A DNA stretch of 64,000 nucleotides from contig NC_043001.1 in assembly GCF_006345805.1 (NCBI RefSeq), positions 83,204,001 to 83,268,000 of the forward strand. Direction: 5' to 3'. Source of the stretch: Octopus sinensis. Its lineage: Eukaryota. Both the position numbers and the translations under genes were made by a program. The notes beneath the pieces are model-generated. The model did not search any database and was not told the origin of the DNA. It saw only the letters and a list, made by a program, of their open reading frames with translations. Of this stretch, positions 11,820 through 24,668 are shown in pieces; positions within the stretch are counted from its first letter, which is position 1; the number at the start of each line of letters is the position of its first letter.

Positions 11820-12850
11820 CGCGTGTGTGTGTGTCTGTGTGTGTGTGTGAGTACGTGTTTCTGTGAGACTAGGCACATTTGTATACAAAAATTACACAGG
11901 CACAGACGTATATTAAAAGATATATGTGTATGTGTGTGTGTGTGTACACATACATAGATATATATAGAATATATAATATTGTATATATATATATACACAC
12001 GCACGCACAAATATGCGTAAGTATAAGCATACTCACGCACACACGTACGCTCACATACAATAATATATATATGTGTCTAAGTGCATGTGTGTGTGTGTGT
12101 GTGTTTGTGTGCGTGCGTGCGTATTGTGTGCGTGCGTCTATATCTGTATATACACATATACACAGATATATAGGCGCGAGAGTATTGAAAATAAAATTGC
12201 CAGGTGCAGTGTGGCTGTAAATAAAGCCGTCATCACTATGTGATTCCAAAAGTCTTAGTTAAACAACGACTACTCCACCATACACACACACACATACACA
12301 CACACACGCACGCACACACACACACATAACACACACACACACACACACACACACAACACACACACAAGTATGTTTCACTAAATGCAAGTATGCCAATATA
12401 TATCAAAGAACGCCCGCATTTTCAGAGGTGGAACGAACTTCCTGAGGCTGCTGTATTCCGAAAATAGAGCGATTAGAAAAATCCGACAACCGATCCGTAG
12501 AAATGTATAGAACATGGAAATGGTGCACTGGGGAACATACTGAGAACATACTGAGACTTGCTAATGCTTTTCTGCTTAAAATATTTATTAATTATTTAAT
12601 CAGTTTTATCACTAATTATTTAATCAAATTCCTGTAACTATTTCAACTAAATCCTCCTTGCCTCCAAATTAACACCGGATTACATGATTTTTATCTCCGT
12701 TGGTCTGGAAAATGATGGACACTCGACTGCTACTTTTTGCTTACCACGGTTTTATCGTTAAAGTTATGTACACTAACTACATTGAATTCATTTAAAGTTG
12801 TCCGTGCTTAATACATTTAAAACATATAGATCCTTTTGCGCTCGCACTTT

Positions 12851-12904
<54 letters not shown>

Positions 12905-13096
12905 GTGTGTGTGTGCGCGCGTCTGTGAGTGTGTGTGTGTACGCGTGCGTGAGTAAATAAGAGTAAATAAGAGTGCGATATTTGCAGCCATATTTCTAAC
13001 GGCAATGGAGAGCATAAACATTAAAGTTGTGATTGAGAAAAAAATAACTGACAGATTATTGAGCGCCTCTGTCTTTCTTTTGTCCATTCACTCGTG

Positions 13097-13168
<72 letters not shown>

Positions 13169-13301
13169 TCTCTCTCAGAAGCAACAGAAATGTAACAAAA
13201 ACTGTCATTCAGAGTCCCCCCCCAAAAAAAAATATATATGTATATAAATATATCCTCTTTCTCTCTCACCGTCTCTCCCCTCCCTCTCCCTCTCTGTCCC
13301 T

Positions 13302-13360
<59 letters not shown>

Positions 13361-13371
13361 TTAATCAATAT

Positions 13372-13700
13372 AGGGTGGCAAAAAAATTTTGTAGAATTTT
13401 TTTGCCACCAGCGGCCTAGTGGGAAAAAAATTAAATAGTCATGGACCATTTTTAAGTTCAACATCAACAATCAAGGAACGGCCATAATAGGCCATTCACC
13501 CACTAGAAATAACAGCCAAAGCTTCAACCGCAATAAAAATTAATTCCGTAAACCAGGAGAAAATTTAAAATGGGGTAAATGTAGGGTAAATGTTTTTTAA
13601 ATTTTCTCCTGGGTTTCGGAATTAATTTTTATTTGCGGTTGAAGCTTTGGCTGTTATCTAGTGTGTGAATGGCCTATATGGCCGTTTCCTTGATGTTGAT
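13372..13700. repeat. Hairpin-CTAG module followed by a long inverted repeat
   Basis: GGTGGCAAAAAA...TTTTTTGCCACC-AGCGGC-CTAG, then inverted arms at about 13463-13570 and 13595-13700. Confidence 0.7.
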
Positions 13701-13701
13701 A

Positions 13702-13732
<31 letters not shown>

Positions 13733-13737
13733 TTTTT

Positions 13738-13878
13738 CTCAAACACAGAATGATGCTAATGATATAGCATGAGCAGGATAAACTACCCATATTTTACAGA
13801 ATGCCGCCGACACATTTCTGCAAAATATGGTTAGTTTATCCTTTCATGCTATATTATTAGCATTATTCTGCGTTTGAG
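13738..13878. repeat. Fold-back palindrome (~65-bp arms)
   Basis: CTCAAACACAGAATGATGCTAATG... pairs with ...ATTAGCATTATTCTGCGTTTGAG. Confidence 0.85.
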
Positions 13879-13947
13879 AATAAAATTACTTCCTTAACCT
13901 TCTAGACATTTCAACGCTTCTAAAGCAAACTTTGTTTACTTTCATCG

Positions 13948-14017
<70 letters not shown>

Positions 14018-14059
14018 GTATGTATTATGTATGTATGTATGTATGTAGGTATGTATATA

Positions 14060-14475
14060 GGCGCAGGCGTAGTGTGGTAAGAAGCTTGCATCGCAAGTAC
14101 ATGGTTCTATGTTCAGTCCCATACTGTGGTAACTTGGGCAAGTGACTTCTACTATAGCCTCGGGCCGCCCAAAGCTTTGTGACTGGATTTAGTAGACGGA
14201 AACTGAAAGAAGCCCGTCGTATATATATATGTATGTATGTATGTATGTGTGTGTATATGTTGTGTGTCTGTATTTGTGCCCCCAACATCGCTTGAAAACC
14301 GAAGCTGGTGTGTTTACGTCCCCGTAACTTAGCGGTTCGGCCAAAAAGACCGATAGAATAAGTACTAGGCTTCCAAAGAATAAGTCCTGGGGTCGATTTT
14401 CTCGACTAAAGACGGTGCTCCAGCATGGCTGCAGTCAAAAATGACTGAAACAAGTAAAAGAGTAAGAGAGTAAAA
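14060..14475 (+). mobile_element. SINE family B, full length
   Basis: Complete head, microsatellite and tail. Confidence 0.9.
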
Positions 14476-14841
14476 GTGTAACTAAAGGAGTGGAAATCGA
14501 ACCGGTGTGTTAATTAATAAAGCGTTAAAACAAATCGACTCTTCCCAGACACAATAACATATGCTTCAACACACGAATTCACGTAAAGAATCTTGCAAAC
14601 AAAATACAAAAACGAACTGTATGTGTGTGTGTGTGTGTGTTAACTAATTTGCATTTAGACCTTATGTGTGTACAAAATTTATCTGTGTACAAAATTTATC
14701 TGTGTACAAAACTCATGTGTGTGTGTGCGTGTATTATTTAAGGGGCATTTATATTTTCATCTCCATCCCCACTTCTTATGGCCTCCTCTTCTATTTTTTC
14801 CCTCACTCGTTCTCGCCTCTACTATCTATACATACACCACC

Positions 14842-14917
<76 letters not shown>

Positions 14918-15352
14918 TACCAATGAGCTGTCATATTTCTATAAAAGAAATATGGCGGTACAGCTCAATTTGACTGAAAGCAGGCAAAGGAGAAATGGCG
15001 GGCGGTGGCTAGGAGGCAGCTTTTATAAACTTTATATTACCTTAACCCTTTCTTTTTATATAGTGGGGCTCGAGCTGGAAGCGAAATATCAATAAACTCT
15101 TTCATAAATTATCCGTTGTTTAGTATATTTTTTTTTTATTAAGGATAATGATGACGGGGATTTAGTGTTTATAAACCCTAAGATACATATATAATCGTCT
15201 AGCCTTAAACCCTTCACTTTTTTGAAAGCAACATATATTGTCGTGATCCCTTCACATTTTTAAGATTAGAGGAGTGGGAGACTGGTTGGAGGGAGTTATA
15301 AAACCTTACACGCTGATCCCTCCATTTTTGTCCTCTATGATGATGATTATTA

Positions 15353-15404
<52 letters not shown>

Positions 15405-15447
15405 TGTTGTTGTTGTTGTTGTTGTTGTTGTTGCTGTTATTATTAAG

Positions 15448-15761
<314 letters not shown>

Positions 15762-18080
15762 GCCTTTGCACAGCTTGTAACTCTCGAGATATACTACGGT
15801 GTCAGCTGTTCACTACCAGTCATCTAAGGTAACACCCCTTATTCTTCGAGCACCATCCGGTGTGTTCGTGTTCTAAGCAGTGCTGCTTTCTGCAAGTGCT
15901 CCACCCTTATTGCAGCCCCTATTTATTCCATGTACCTCTCAAGAATTTTATTCACTGTTCCCAGGGCTCCGACAATTATTGGTAGTACTACCACCTTTTT
16001 CAGCAACCACAACTGCTTAACCTCCCAAGTTAACCTGTCATATCTACCGACTTTTTTCTTCCTTATCGCAAACCTTGTTGTCAGCTGGACATGCTATATC
16101 TATGATCTGGCATCGTTTTCTTTCTTTCTCAATTAGCTAAAACTCCGCACCTTCACTAGTCAGTTAAGGTGAGACAGTGTCACGTGACACTTGCTGGAGC
16201 CTAGCGGAGGGTATTTAAAGAGAAAACTTTGACAAGTCAGTCAGTCACCGGCTGACACTCGCTGACGATACATCGAAGAGGCCAGGGAACAGAATAAAGA
16301 AGAAAGAAGACATGCACCCAACACCAGAGCTGAAGACACCTCCGAAAGAGGCGGGGGGCACGTCAAAACAGTAGAAGAGTAGGGGTCGAAACCGGACGTG
16401 GTTCCTCCTGATGATGTCTTGATCTGACTGGAGCCTATAAAGGAGCTGTTGTGGTAGCAGACCACGAAACACGGCTGTATTTCCTCCTATGTCTGGTTTC
16501 CTATTCTCTCATCCTGGTCACACTCAATCAAGAATCTCATAGGGTTTTTGCATTATCATTTTCGATGATGCCTTCGTGCTTATGTTCGTACGACCTTTTT
16601 GCTCTGTCAAGACCATACTTGTTGCAAAGTGTCCAATGTACAATCCTTACTATGTTGTCATGACGTCTCTAATATTCTTTCTGCGCTAGTAGCGTACATT
16701 GACTGGTAATATGCCATACGGTTTCTCCATTTTCTCCACAAATTCTGTACTTATCACTTTCTGATGTGTTATCAATTCTGTATTTGATATAATTGGTTGT
16801 TAATGTTTCCTCTCGGGCAGCACATATTAGAGCATCCGTTTCCGGTTTTAAATCACTTTTAGTCATCCATAGCCATCTTTTTTTCTCTGTCTGTCTTATC
16901 TTCAACATCGCTATGAAATTGTCCAAGCATTCTTTTTTTTTTATCCACCTATTTTCAGTTTCATTCATTCTCAAGTGCTTGTACAGTGCTTGTACGGTGC
17001 AATCTCCCATCCTACACAAGCCTGACCTTCTTACTTCGAATAATAGCAGTTCTGTGGCATTTTTTACATACCATGCTATGTTATTTTCTTTTGCTCTAAT
17101 GCTCTGTACGCATCCAATGAGCCCTCTTCCCCCTTCCCTTTATTTTTCTTGGTATATACAGTCTTCTTGTGTCACTTTTTGGGTGGAGTATCCCATATCT
17201 AGACAACAAATTTCTTGTCTTTCTGTCTAAGTTGTTTAGTTCGGCTACTGTCCATGCGAGTACCCCTGCTCCATATCTAAGGACTGACACTGCCCAGGTG
17301 TTGAAAGCTTCAATCTTATTCCGTCCGTTTAATTCGACTTAAGGATCAGTCACGGTTTGCACAAGTATTGTACCTTAAATTTTTCCGTCATTTCTTTCTC
17401 CATCAATTTATCCATTTCCAATATCCCCAAGTACTTATAGCTCGTCTCTTCAATTTGCTTCATAACATCTCCCGACATTATCGTTAGCCTGTCCATAGAT
17501 TTAATTTTGCTTCTCTTCAAGTCTAAAACACCATACTTTTTCAGTCCGAACTCCATTCTGATATCAGCACTGAAAGTATACACCGTATCAACGAAGGATC
17601 TGGCTTGGGTTTCATCTTTACCACAAAGTTTGAGGTCATCCCTGAATAACAAGTGATTGACTTTTTGTTGGTGGCTTTTGAATACATACCCAGCGTTTGC
17701 TTTCCTCAGAATCAGAGTTAGTAGTATCATGCACGGTGCAAAGTTCAGTGGGGACATGCAGTCCCCTTGTAAGATGCCTCTCTTGATTTCTATTGTCCCT
17801 AAACTTCGTCCTTATGCTGTCAGTTCCATCACCACGTCGCCATATTTTTTTTTCCAAGCAATCACTCAATATTCGATGCAATACCAAAGAGACACATGCA
17901 TTCCATAATCCAAGAATGTGGGATCATATCGTACGCCTTACGATAATCGATCCATGACATGGCTAAGTTAGTTTTCCTCCTCTTGCAATCTCTAAGTACA
18001 GTTTTGTCTACCAGGAGTTGATCCTTGGTACCTCTGTACTTACGCTTGCACCACCTCTGCTCATGTGGCAGGACTCCATT
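15762..18080 (-). mobile_element. Decayed R4/Dong-type non-LTR retrotransposon (RT, CCHC, RLE), 5'-truncated
   Basis: RT motifs [37 protein letters not shown] and YKYLG. Zinc-knuckle region RICGENGETVWHITSQC and RLE KPDI..IIDIACPADNK..PIIVGALG. Many stops and frameshifts. The 3' end abuts (AAT)n. Confidence 0.9.
16138..16486. mobile_element. ~350-bp LTR/pseudo-LTR-like insertion splitting the LINE endonuclease domain
   Basis: The RLE reading frame stops after KPDI (~16490) and resumes at LIEKE (~16137). The insert has a TATTTAAA box, AATAAA and three CTGANGA heptamers. Confidence 0.6.
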
Positions 18081-18931
18081 TATTTTTAAAGTCTTGTACT
18101 TATTCTATCGGTCTCATTTAGCCGAATAGCTAAGTTACGGGGGAACAGACAAACCAGCACTGATTGTCAAGCTGTGATGGTGGTGGTTGGGGAAAAACAC
18201 AAGCATAAAGACACACATACATAGATGTATACATACGACAGGCTTCTTTCAGTTTTCGTCTATCAAATCTTCTCACAAGGCTATGGTCGGTCCAAGGCTA
18301 TAGTAGAAGTCACTTGACTAAGGTACCGCGCTGTGGGACTGAGCCGAAACCAAAGCGAGCTTCTGAAATACATAGCCATGCTTGCGCCTAAAAGATAATG
18401 AGAAGCTAGTAATTAACTTATTTCAAATAATTAATTCCACTCTTTTCCTACCGCAAATATTAAACCAAGTCTTCATATAAGCACAAGTTGTGTGGATAGG
18501 TGCAGGCGCGGCTGTGTGGCAAGAGGTTTGCTGCTTAACCACATGGTTCCGGATTCAGACCCACTACGTAAGATACAAGATAAGCGAAATCAAAGCTGAA
18601 AGTACCTTTCTTGACCCTCTCTATCATTTTTAGCGCGGGGTCAAATGGGAAAGATTTTATAACCAATAAGATGTTATCTCGATCCCTGCACTTGGTATCA
18701 CTTAAGGTTTGAATTTTTTTTATCTCCTCAGTCTTTGTCACTTTTAGTCTGTCTGACTGCTTAACAAATTGACTCTGTCTCCGTCTTTCAACATACACAC
18801 ATAAACACACACAGATATGCATTACATATAGTTACACACACACACAACATACACACAACACACACATACATATATACACTTATGTATACATATGTATGTA
18901 TATATATCTATCTATCAATCTATCTATCTTT

Positions 18932-18968
<37 letters not shown>

Positions 18969-19199
18969 TTAATATATAATAATAATATATATATACTCTT
19001 TTACTTGTTTCAGTCATTTGACTGTGGCTATGCTGGAGCACCGCCTTTTTAGTCGAGCAAATCGACCCGGGACTTATTCTCTGTAAGCCAGTACTTATTC
19101 TATCGGTCTCTTTTGCCGAACCGCTAGTATATAGTATATAACGTACATATAATATATAATATATATACATATATCTATACACACACAGACATATAAATA

Positions 19200-19322
19200 T
19201 TAGGTTGAGGAAAAAGTTCGTGTGCCGTGTTAAAATAATGCTTCTCTAAATATATTTTGTGGTGTGTGTATTTATGCAGTTCATTATTCTAATATGGCGC
19301 ACGAACTTTTTCCTCAACCAAG
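19200..19322. mobile_element. Mariner-type MITE
   Basis: ~29-bp TIRs TTAGGTTGAGGAAAAAGTTCGTG / CACGAACTTTTTCCTCAACC, similar to mariner TTAGGTTGGTGCAAAAGT ends. TA context. Confidence 0.8.
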
Positions 19323-19326
19323 TACG

Positions 19327-19357
<31 letters not shown>

Positions 19358-20095
19358 GGAGAAATCTCAATATATGTTACAGAGTGTATTTATAATTTCG
19401 ACGCTGATGTTTCCCGCTTATACCAGAGTATTAATAGAATATTATACTATGGTATACTAGTGAGGCAGCGAACTGCCAGAATCGTTAACTCGCCGGGAAA
19501 AAACGATTCGTGGCATTTCGTCCTTCTTTGTGTTCTGAGTTCAAATTCCGCTGAGCTCGACTTTGTTTTTCATCCCTCTCGGGGTCAATAAAACTAGTAC
19601 CATTTAATCACTGGGGCCGATGTAATTGATACCCTCCTCCGATATTGCTGGCCTTGTGCCAAAATTTGAATTCAAAATTATGGTATACTAGTATAACCGT
19701 GCCGTCAAAAATGACATATGTTAAGTGTAACATGCTGAAACTGCTATTTGATAAATTTCATCAACATTAAGAACACCACCATGTATATATGAACTTGTTA
19801 CAGAGCATGTTACCAAGCTAGGGTATGATCAAAGTTCATTTACCAAAAGTAGTATCTTTTGTCAATGAAGCATAATTAGTTTATATGCATAATATAAATG
19901 TCATTATGATATGTGCAATGAAACACACTTTCTTCACATTATACAAATTTTATTCAGTATATGTTCGCTACATATATATTTCCTATGATTAATGTAAATG
20001 AGTTACGTATAAAATATATTATAACTTCTCTGCAATAGACTATACATATATGCAATAAACATATGTAAATACATTTCCGATATTGCACACACACA

Positions 20096-20191
<96 letters not shown>

Positions 20192-20320
20192 ATACAATGC
20201 ATCATCTCTGACCAAAACTGGAGCTGCTAATTTACAAACGATAATGCTTAACACTTTATTTAATATCAGCAGCATGTTAACGGTTTCTTAGTTAAAATTA
20301 TATTCTTTCTTTCTTTCTTT

Positions 20321-20718
20321 CTTTTACTTGTTTCAGTCATTTTGACTGCGGCCATGCTGGAGCACCGCCTTTTAGTCGAGCAACTCGACCCCGGGACTCA
20401 TTCTTTTTGTAAGCCCAGTACTTATTCTATCGGTCTCTTTTTGCCGAACCGCTAAGACGGGGACGTCGTAAACACACCAGCATCGGTTGTCAAGCAATGC
20501 AAGGGGGACAACACAGACACACAAACACCACACACACATATATATATCATATATACGACAGGCTTCTTTCAGTTTCCGTCTACCAAATCCACTCACAAGG
20601 CATTGGTCGGCCCGGGGCTATAGCAGAAGACACTTGCCCAAGATGCCACGCAGTGGGACTGAACCCGGAACCATGTGGTTGATTAGCAAGCTACTTACCA
20701 CACAGCCACCCCTGCGCC
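20321..20718 (-). mobile_element. SINE family B, full length
   Basis: Complete head, microsatellite and tail. Confidence 0.9.
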
Positions 20719-20789
20719 CATATATATGAATATATTATTATTTGTTCGTTTCCGCCTGGACTATAAAAGGTCTTTTTATATTATTCATA

Positions 20790-20898
20790 CCAATATGTTA
20801 TTCCTGATGAGGAATCTAATTTTTATTTCAAGAAAAGTTTTTCGTTTTTGTCTTTGGAATTAATTAGACTCCGAAGCAATTTGTCGATTTTAATATTG
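20790..20898 (+). ncRNA. Type I hammerhead-like motif with long stem II (GAAA mutated to GAAG)
   Basis: CTGATGA at 20804-20810, GGAATCTAATT/AATTAGACTCC stem II, GAAGC-AATTT-GTC, and distal stem I CCAATAT/ATATTGG. Confidence 0.55.
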
Positions 20899-21016
20899 GA
20901 TCTGTACCAACCTGGATTATGAATTAAAGATCGTCTACACCTACATTCGTTCCTTTCCTTATATTTCATTTATTCCTTTTGCTAATACTGAATATATATC
21001 TTATATATATATATAT

Positions 21017-21149
21017 ATTTTATAGGAGGAGCTTCTACAGGACTAGAACTGTTTCATTCAGATGAAATCTTCAGGAAGCTGGCTCCAGCTTCCTGACGAT
21101 TTCATCTGAATGAAACAGTTCTAGTCCTGTAGAAGCTCCTTCTATAAAA
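21017..21149. ncRNA. Palindrome carrying a type I hammerhead on each strand
   Basis: Plus strand: AGCTTC-CTGACGA-TTTCATCTGAAT-GAAA-CAG-TTCTAGTC-CTG-TA-GAAGCT (21087-21137). The minus-strand copy has CTGAAGA. Confidence 0.75.
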
Positions 21150-21328
21150 TAAATTGCTTTACTCTGCTATGTATTGAGTACCTTATTTACTGTGGTTAAC
21201 CCCGACTCAACCCGGGACCTACATATATATATATATATTATTTGCTTGGGCTGTACTGATTGACTTAGATATTTGACATCCCTTTGAAGGGTTTCGGTCC
21301 TCACCTCTTATATCTATGTGTGTATGTG

Positions 21329-21377
<49 letters not shown>

Positions 21378-21671
21378 CTTTGTGGTATATGGTATTTGTG
21401 TATATGTGTGGTATATATATATTGTGTATGTGTGGTATATGGTGTATGTTGTGTGGTGTGTGTGTGTGTGGTGTGTATGTGTCTTTGTGGTATATGGTAT
21501 TTGTGTATATGTGTGGTATATATATATGTGTGTATATGTGTGGTATATGGTGTATGTTGTGTGGTGTGTGTGTGTGTGTGTGTGTGTGTTGTATGTATAC
21601 TTATAGTATATGGTTCAAAAGTACAGAAAGCAAAAGGTTCTTTAACAGAAAGCGGTGAGATGAATGAAATA

Positions 21672-21717
<46 letters not shown>

Positions 21718-22160
21718 GAGAGAGAGAAAAAAAGAAAAAAATGGAGACAGAGAAAAGAGTGTCGAGATTGATGGTGCCACAAATTGAAAAATATCTATCT
21801 TTATATATATATAATCAAAGAAAGAAAATGGAAAAATATGGGTTCTTTTCTCTAGTTTCAGCTTAGAGCTGTGGCCATGCTGATGCACCGCCGTTTGAAT
21901 GATTCATTTGTATGATATAATGAGGCTGAAATTTTTTTTTATAAAAACAACACAAATAAATTATAAATTATAAAGTTCTAAAAGAAATTCGCTTAGTGTG
22001 AACAAAATGAAACAATGTGTAGCGTTCCATTAAATAATAATAAGTTAAAAACCATAATACATATAAGCACCAACAAACGGAAAACAGATATAGAAAGTCG
22101 TCAAATCATCCCCATTTATCAGTCAAAGGATCTCAGCAACTTCGTACCTATATAATTTTG

Positions 22161-22387
22161 CAGTTCTATATTTAAGAGATGAGGAATTAAGTACATTGTT
22201 TACAATTGACGAATATTTGTTTGTAGTTAACACAACGTTTCGGTTGATATACCCTCCAGCCTTCATCAGGTGTCTTGGGGAAATCTCAAACCTGGGTTCT
22301 CATTCCTAAGGCCCACGGGCATATGGCGCAGCGGTTAAGAGCGCGGGCTACTAACCCCAAGATTCCGAGTTGGATTCCAGGCAGTGA

Positions 22388-22459
<72 letters not shown>

Positions 22460-22615
22460 CAACAACAGCGAAAAATACCTTAGGAATGAGAACCCAGGTT
22501 TGAAATTTCCCCAAGACACCTGATAAAGGCTGGAGGGTATATCAGCCGAAACGTTGTGTTAACAACAAACAAGATGAGAACAAATATCCGTCAACTGTAA
22601 ATAATGTAAATAATG
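22161..22615 (+). mobile_element. Composite retroelement: inverted hammerhead arm, tRNA-like head, (AAT)n, hammerhead-bearing tail
   Basis: Inverted arms at 22161-22311 and 22478-22615. A box TGGCGCAGCGG (22324) and B box GAGTTGGATTCC (22367). Direct repeat TATATAATTTTG at 22149-22160 and 22616-22627. Confidence 0.8.
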
Positions 22616-23035
22616 TATATAATTTTGATTGCGAAAAAGAGAGGTCAAACCAATATTACGTACGATTCGGTTAACGAACTTTGTTCATTTCACATAACAT
22701 GTAGAATTATGTAACTTGTATGCAATAAAATTACTTAACATTACACAAAATTGCATAACTCGTATATAATATGGAATAAATAGTGATCGTTCATCAAAAC
22801 GTACATAACATTAATTTAACTTCTCTTTTTCTTTATCAAAATTATTCTTCATTCTGTGAGGATTATAACATACCTCTTTGATACAATTGTCTGGATTGTT
22901 GAAGTGATTTTTTAATAATTGAAGTGTAACTAGTCATGCTTTTGGTTAAGCAAAACCGAAACATTCGTACGGCTACTCGAACACTTTGCTAGCCAGGGTA
23001 TATGTATATATATGAGCGCAGCACGCACGCATGCA

Positions 23036-23086
<51 letters not shown>

Positions 23087-23299
23087 TAACCCCCCCACAC
23101 ACACACACACACACAATGAAGTTTATTATAGAAGAGAAAGGTACTTAATGTCGTTGCGTACTTTCCTTCTTAAAAGGGAATTGAACATGTAGCCCTCTTC
23201 GTTAGCTCTATTGCTGAAATAGGCGATTAAAATAATCTGAACAAAAATTGGGAAAATAGCGATATATATATATATATATATATGACGATATATATATAT

Positions 23300-23336
<37 letters not shown>

Positions 23337-23343
23337 TATGACG

Positions 23344-23376
<33 letters not shown>

Positions 23377-23392
23377 TTATGTATATATATAT

Positions 23393-23433
<41 letters not shown>

Positions 23434-23437
23434 GTCG

Positions 23438-23509
<72 letters not shown>

Positions 23510-23520
23510 ATTATAAATCT

Positions 23521-23880
23521 TAGGGTAGCAAACATTTTTTGGAAAAATTCCCTGCTACCAGTGGTCTAGCGAGAAGAAAAAATTAGTCAATAGACTATAT
23601 ATTATTCATATAAAAATACACTGTATATTTAAACACATAAGAGATGGCCATAACAGGATATCTGACTCGCTAGAAAAAGTAGTTAAACTACAAATCACTA
23701 ATAGTTGTAATTCTGAAAGGGAATAAAAAATAAAAACATTTACCCTATTTTTCCTGGAATATGCATAGTTTCAAGCATCTTTTGTAAATAAAATAATTTA
23801 CAATTGGCGTTAACTACTCTTTCTAGCGAGTCAGATGTCCTGTTATGGTCATCACCTATGTGTTTAAATGTACACTGTAT
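23521..23880. repeat. Second hairpin-CTAG module plus a different long inverted repeat
   Basis: GGTAGCA...TGCTACC-AGTGGT-CTAG, homologous to 13372-13440. Inverted arms at about 23617-23690 and 23810-23880. Confidence 0.7.
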
Positions 23881-24096
23881 ATATATATATAATATATATA
23901 TATATATAATATATATATATATAGATATATATATATATAATATATATATATAGGAATATATATATAGGTGTATATATAGCTGTATATATATATGTATATA
24001 TATATATATATATATGTACTATTATTGTTTATTGTATTTATATTCGTGCGGCATCGTCCGTTTTTCTGTCCTTGTTTCGTATACATTCGATCCTTT

Positions 24097-24216
24097 TTCC
24101 AAGAAATCTAATGCTCGTAGCTTAGTTTTTCCTTGGGGCTGGCCGGATCGGAGCGATCTCAAGATTAATCAGCCGAAATTGCGAGGATGATCCGGTTCTT
24201 GACTGAAGATTAGAAG
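24097..24216 (+). ncRNA. Candidate type II topology hammerhead ribozyme
   Basis: TTCCAA-GAAA (24103)-TC...GA-TC (24158)-TCAAGA...TCTTGA-CTGAAGA (24203)-TTAGAA. All core nucleotides are present. Confidence 0.6.
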
Positions 24217-24544
24217 CTTCGAATGACCCGTCCGTTTTCTGTGTCGTCTATTTGAGTGTTTTGCGTTCTTGTCCTATTTTGTATTTTTATATATATTTTT
24301 TATACATATGTATATATAAATACACTTCGAAATTTATTATAGAAAATATATTATGATTAATTATATTTGCGTATGTATCAGAGATATGCCGCCTGTTTAG
24401 AAAAGATGGACAATGATTTTGCAGGCTAAAATTATAAGTATTAATTATTAAACATAAAATTATTTCACTAAATTCCGATCATCATCACAATCATCATCAT
24501 CATCATCATCATCATCACACCATCATCACCATCATCATCAACAT

Positions 24545-24576
<32 letters not shown>

Positions 24577-24596
24577 ACATCATCATCATCGTCATC

Positions 24597-24668
<72 letters not shown>

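Noticed and set aside
14921-14972. Small bulged hairpin as a pre-miRNA
   Set aside because: Too short and AT-rich, with no conservation or read evidence available.
22317-22391. Functional tRNA gene
   Set aside because: The acceptor and T stems do not pair properly and the sequence is fused to (AAT)n and a repeat tail. Treated as a SINE head.
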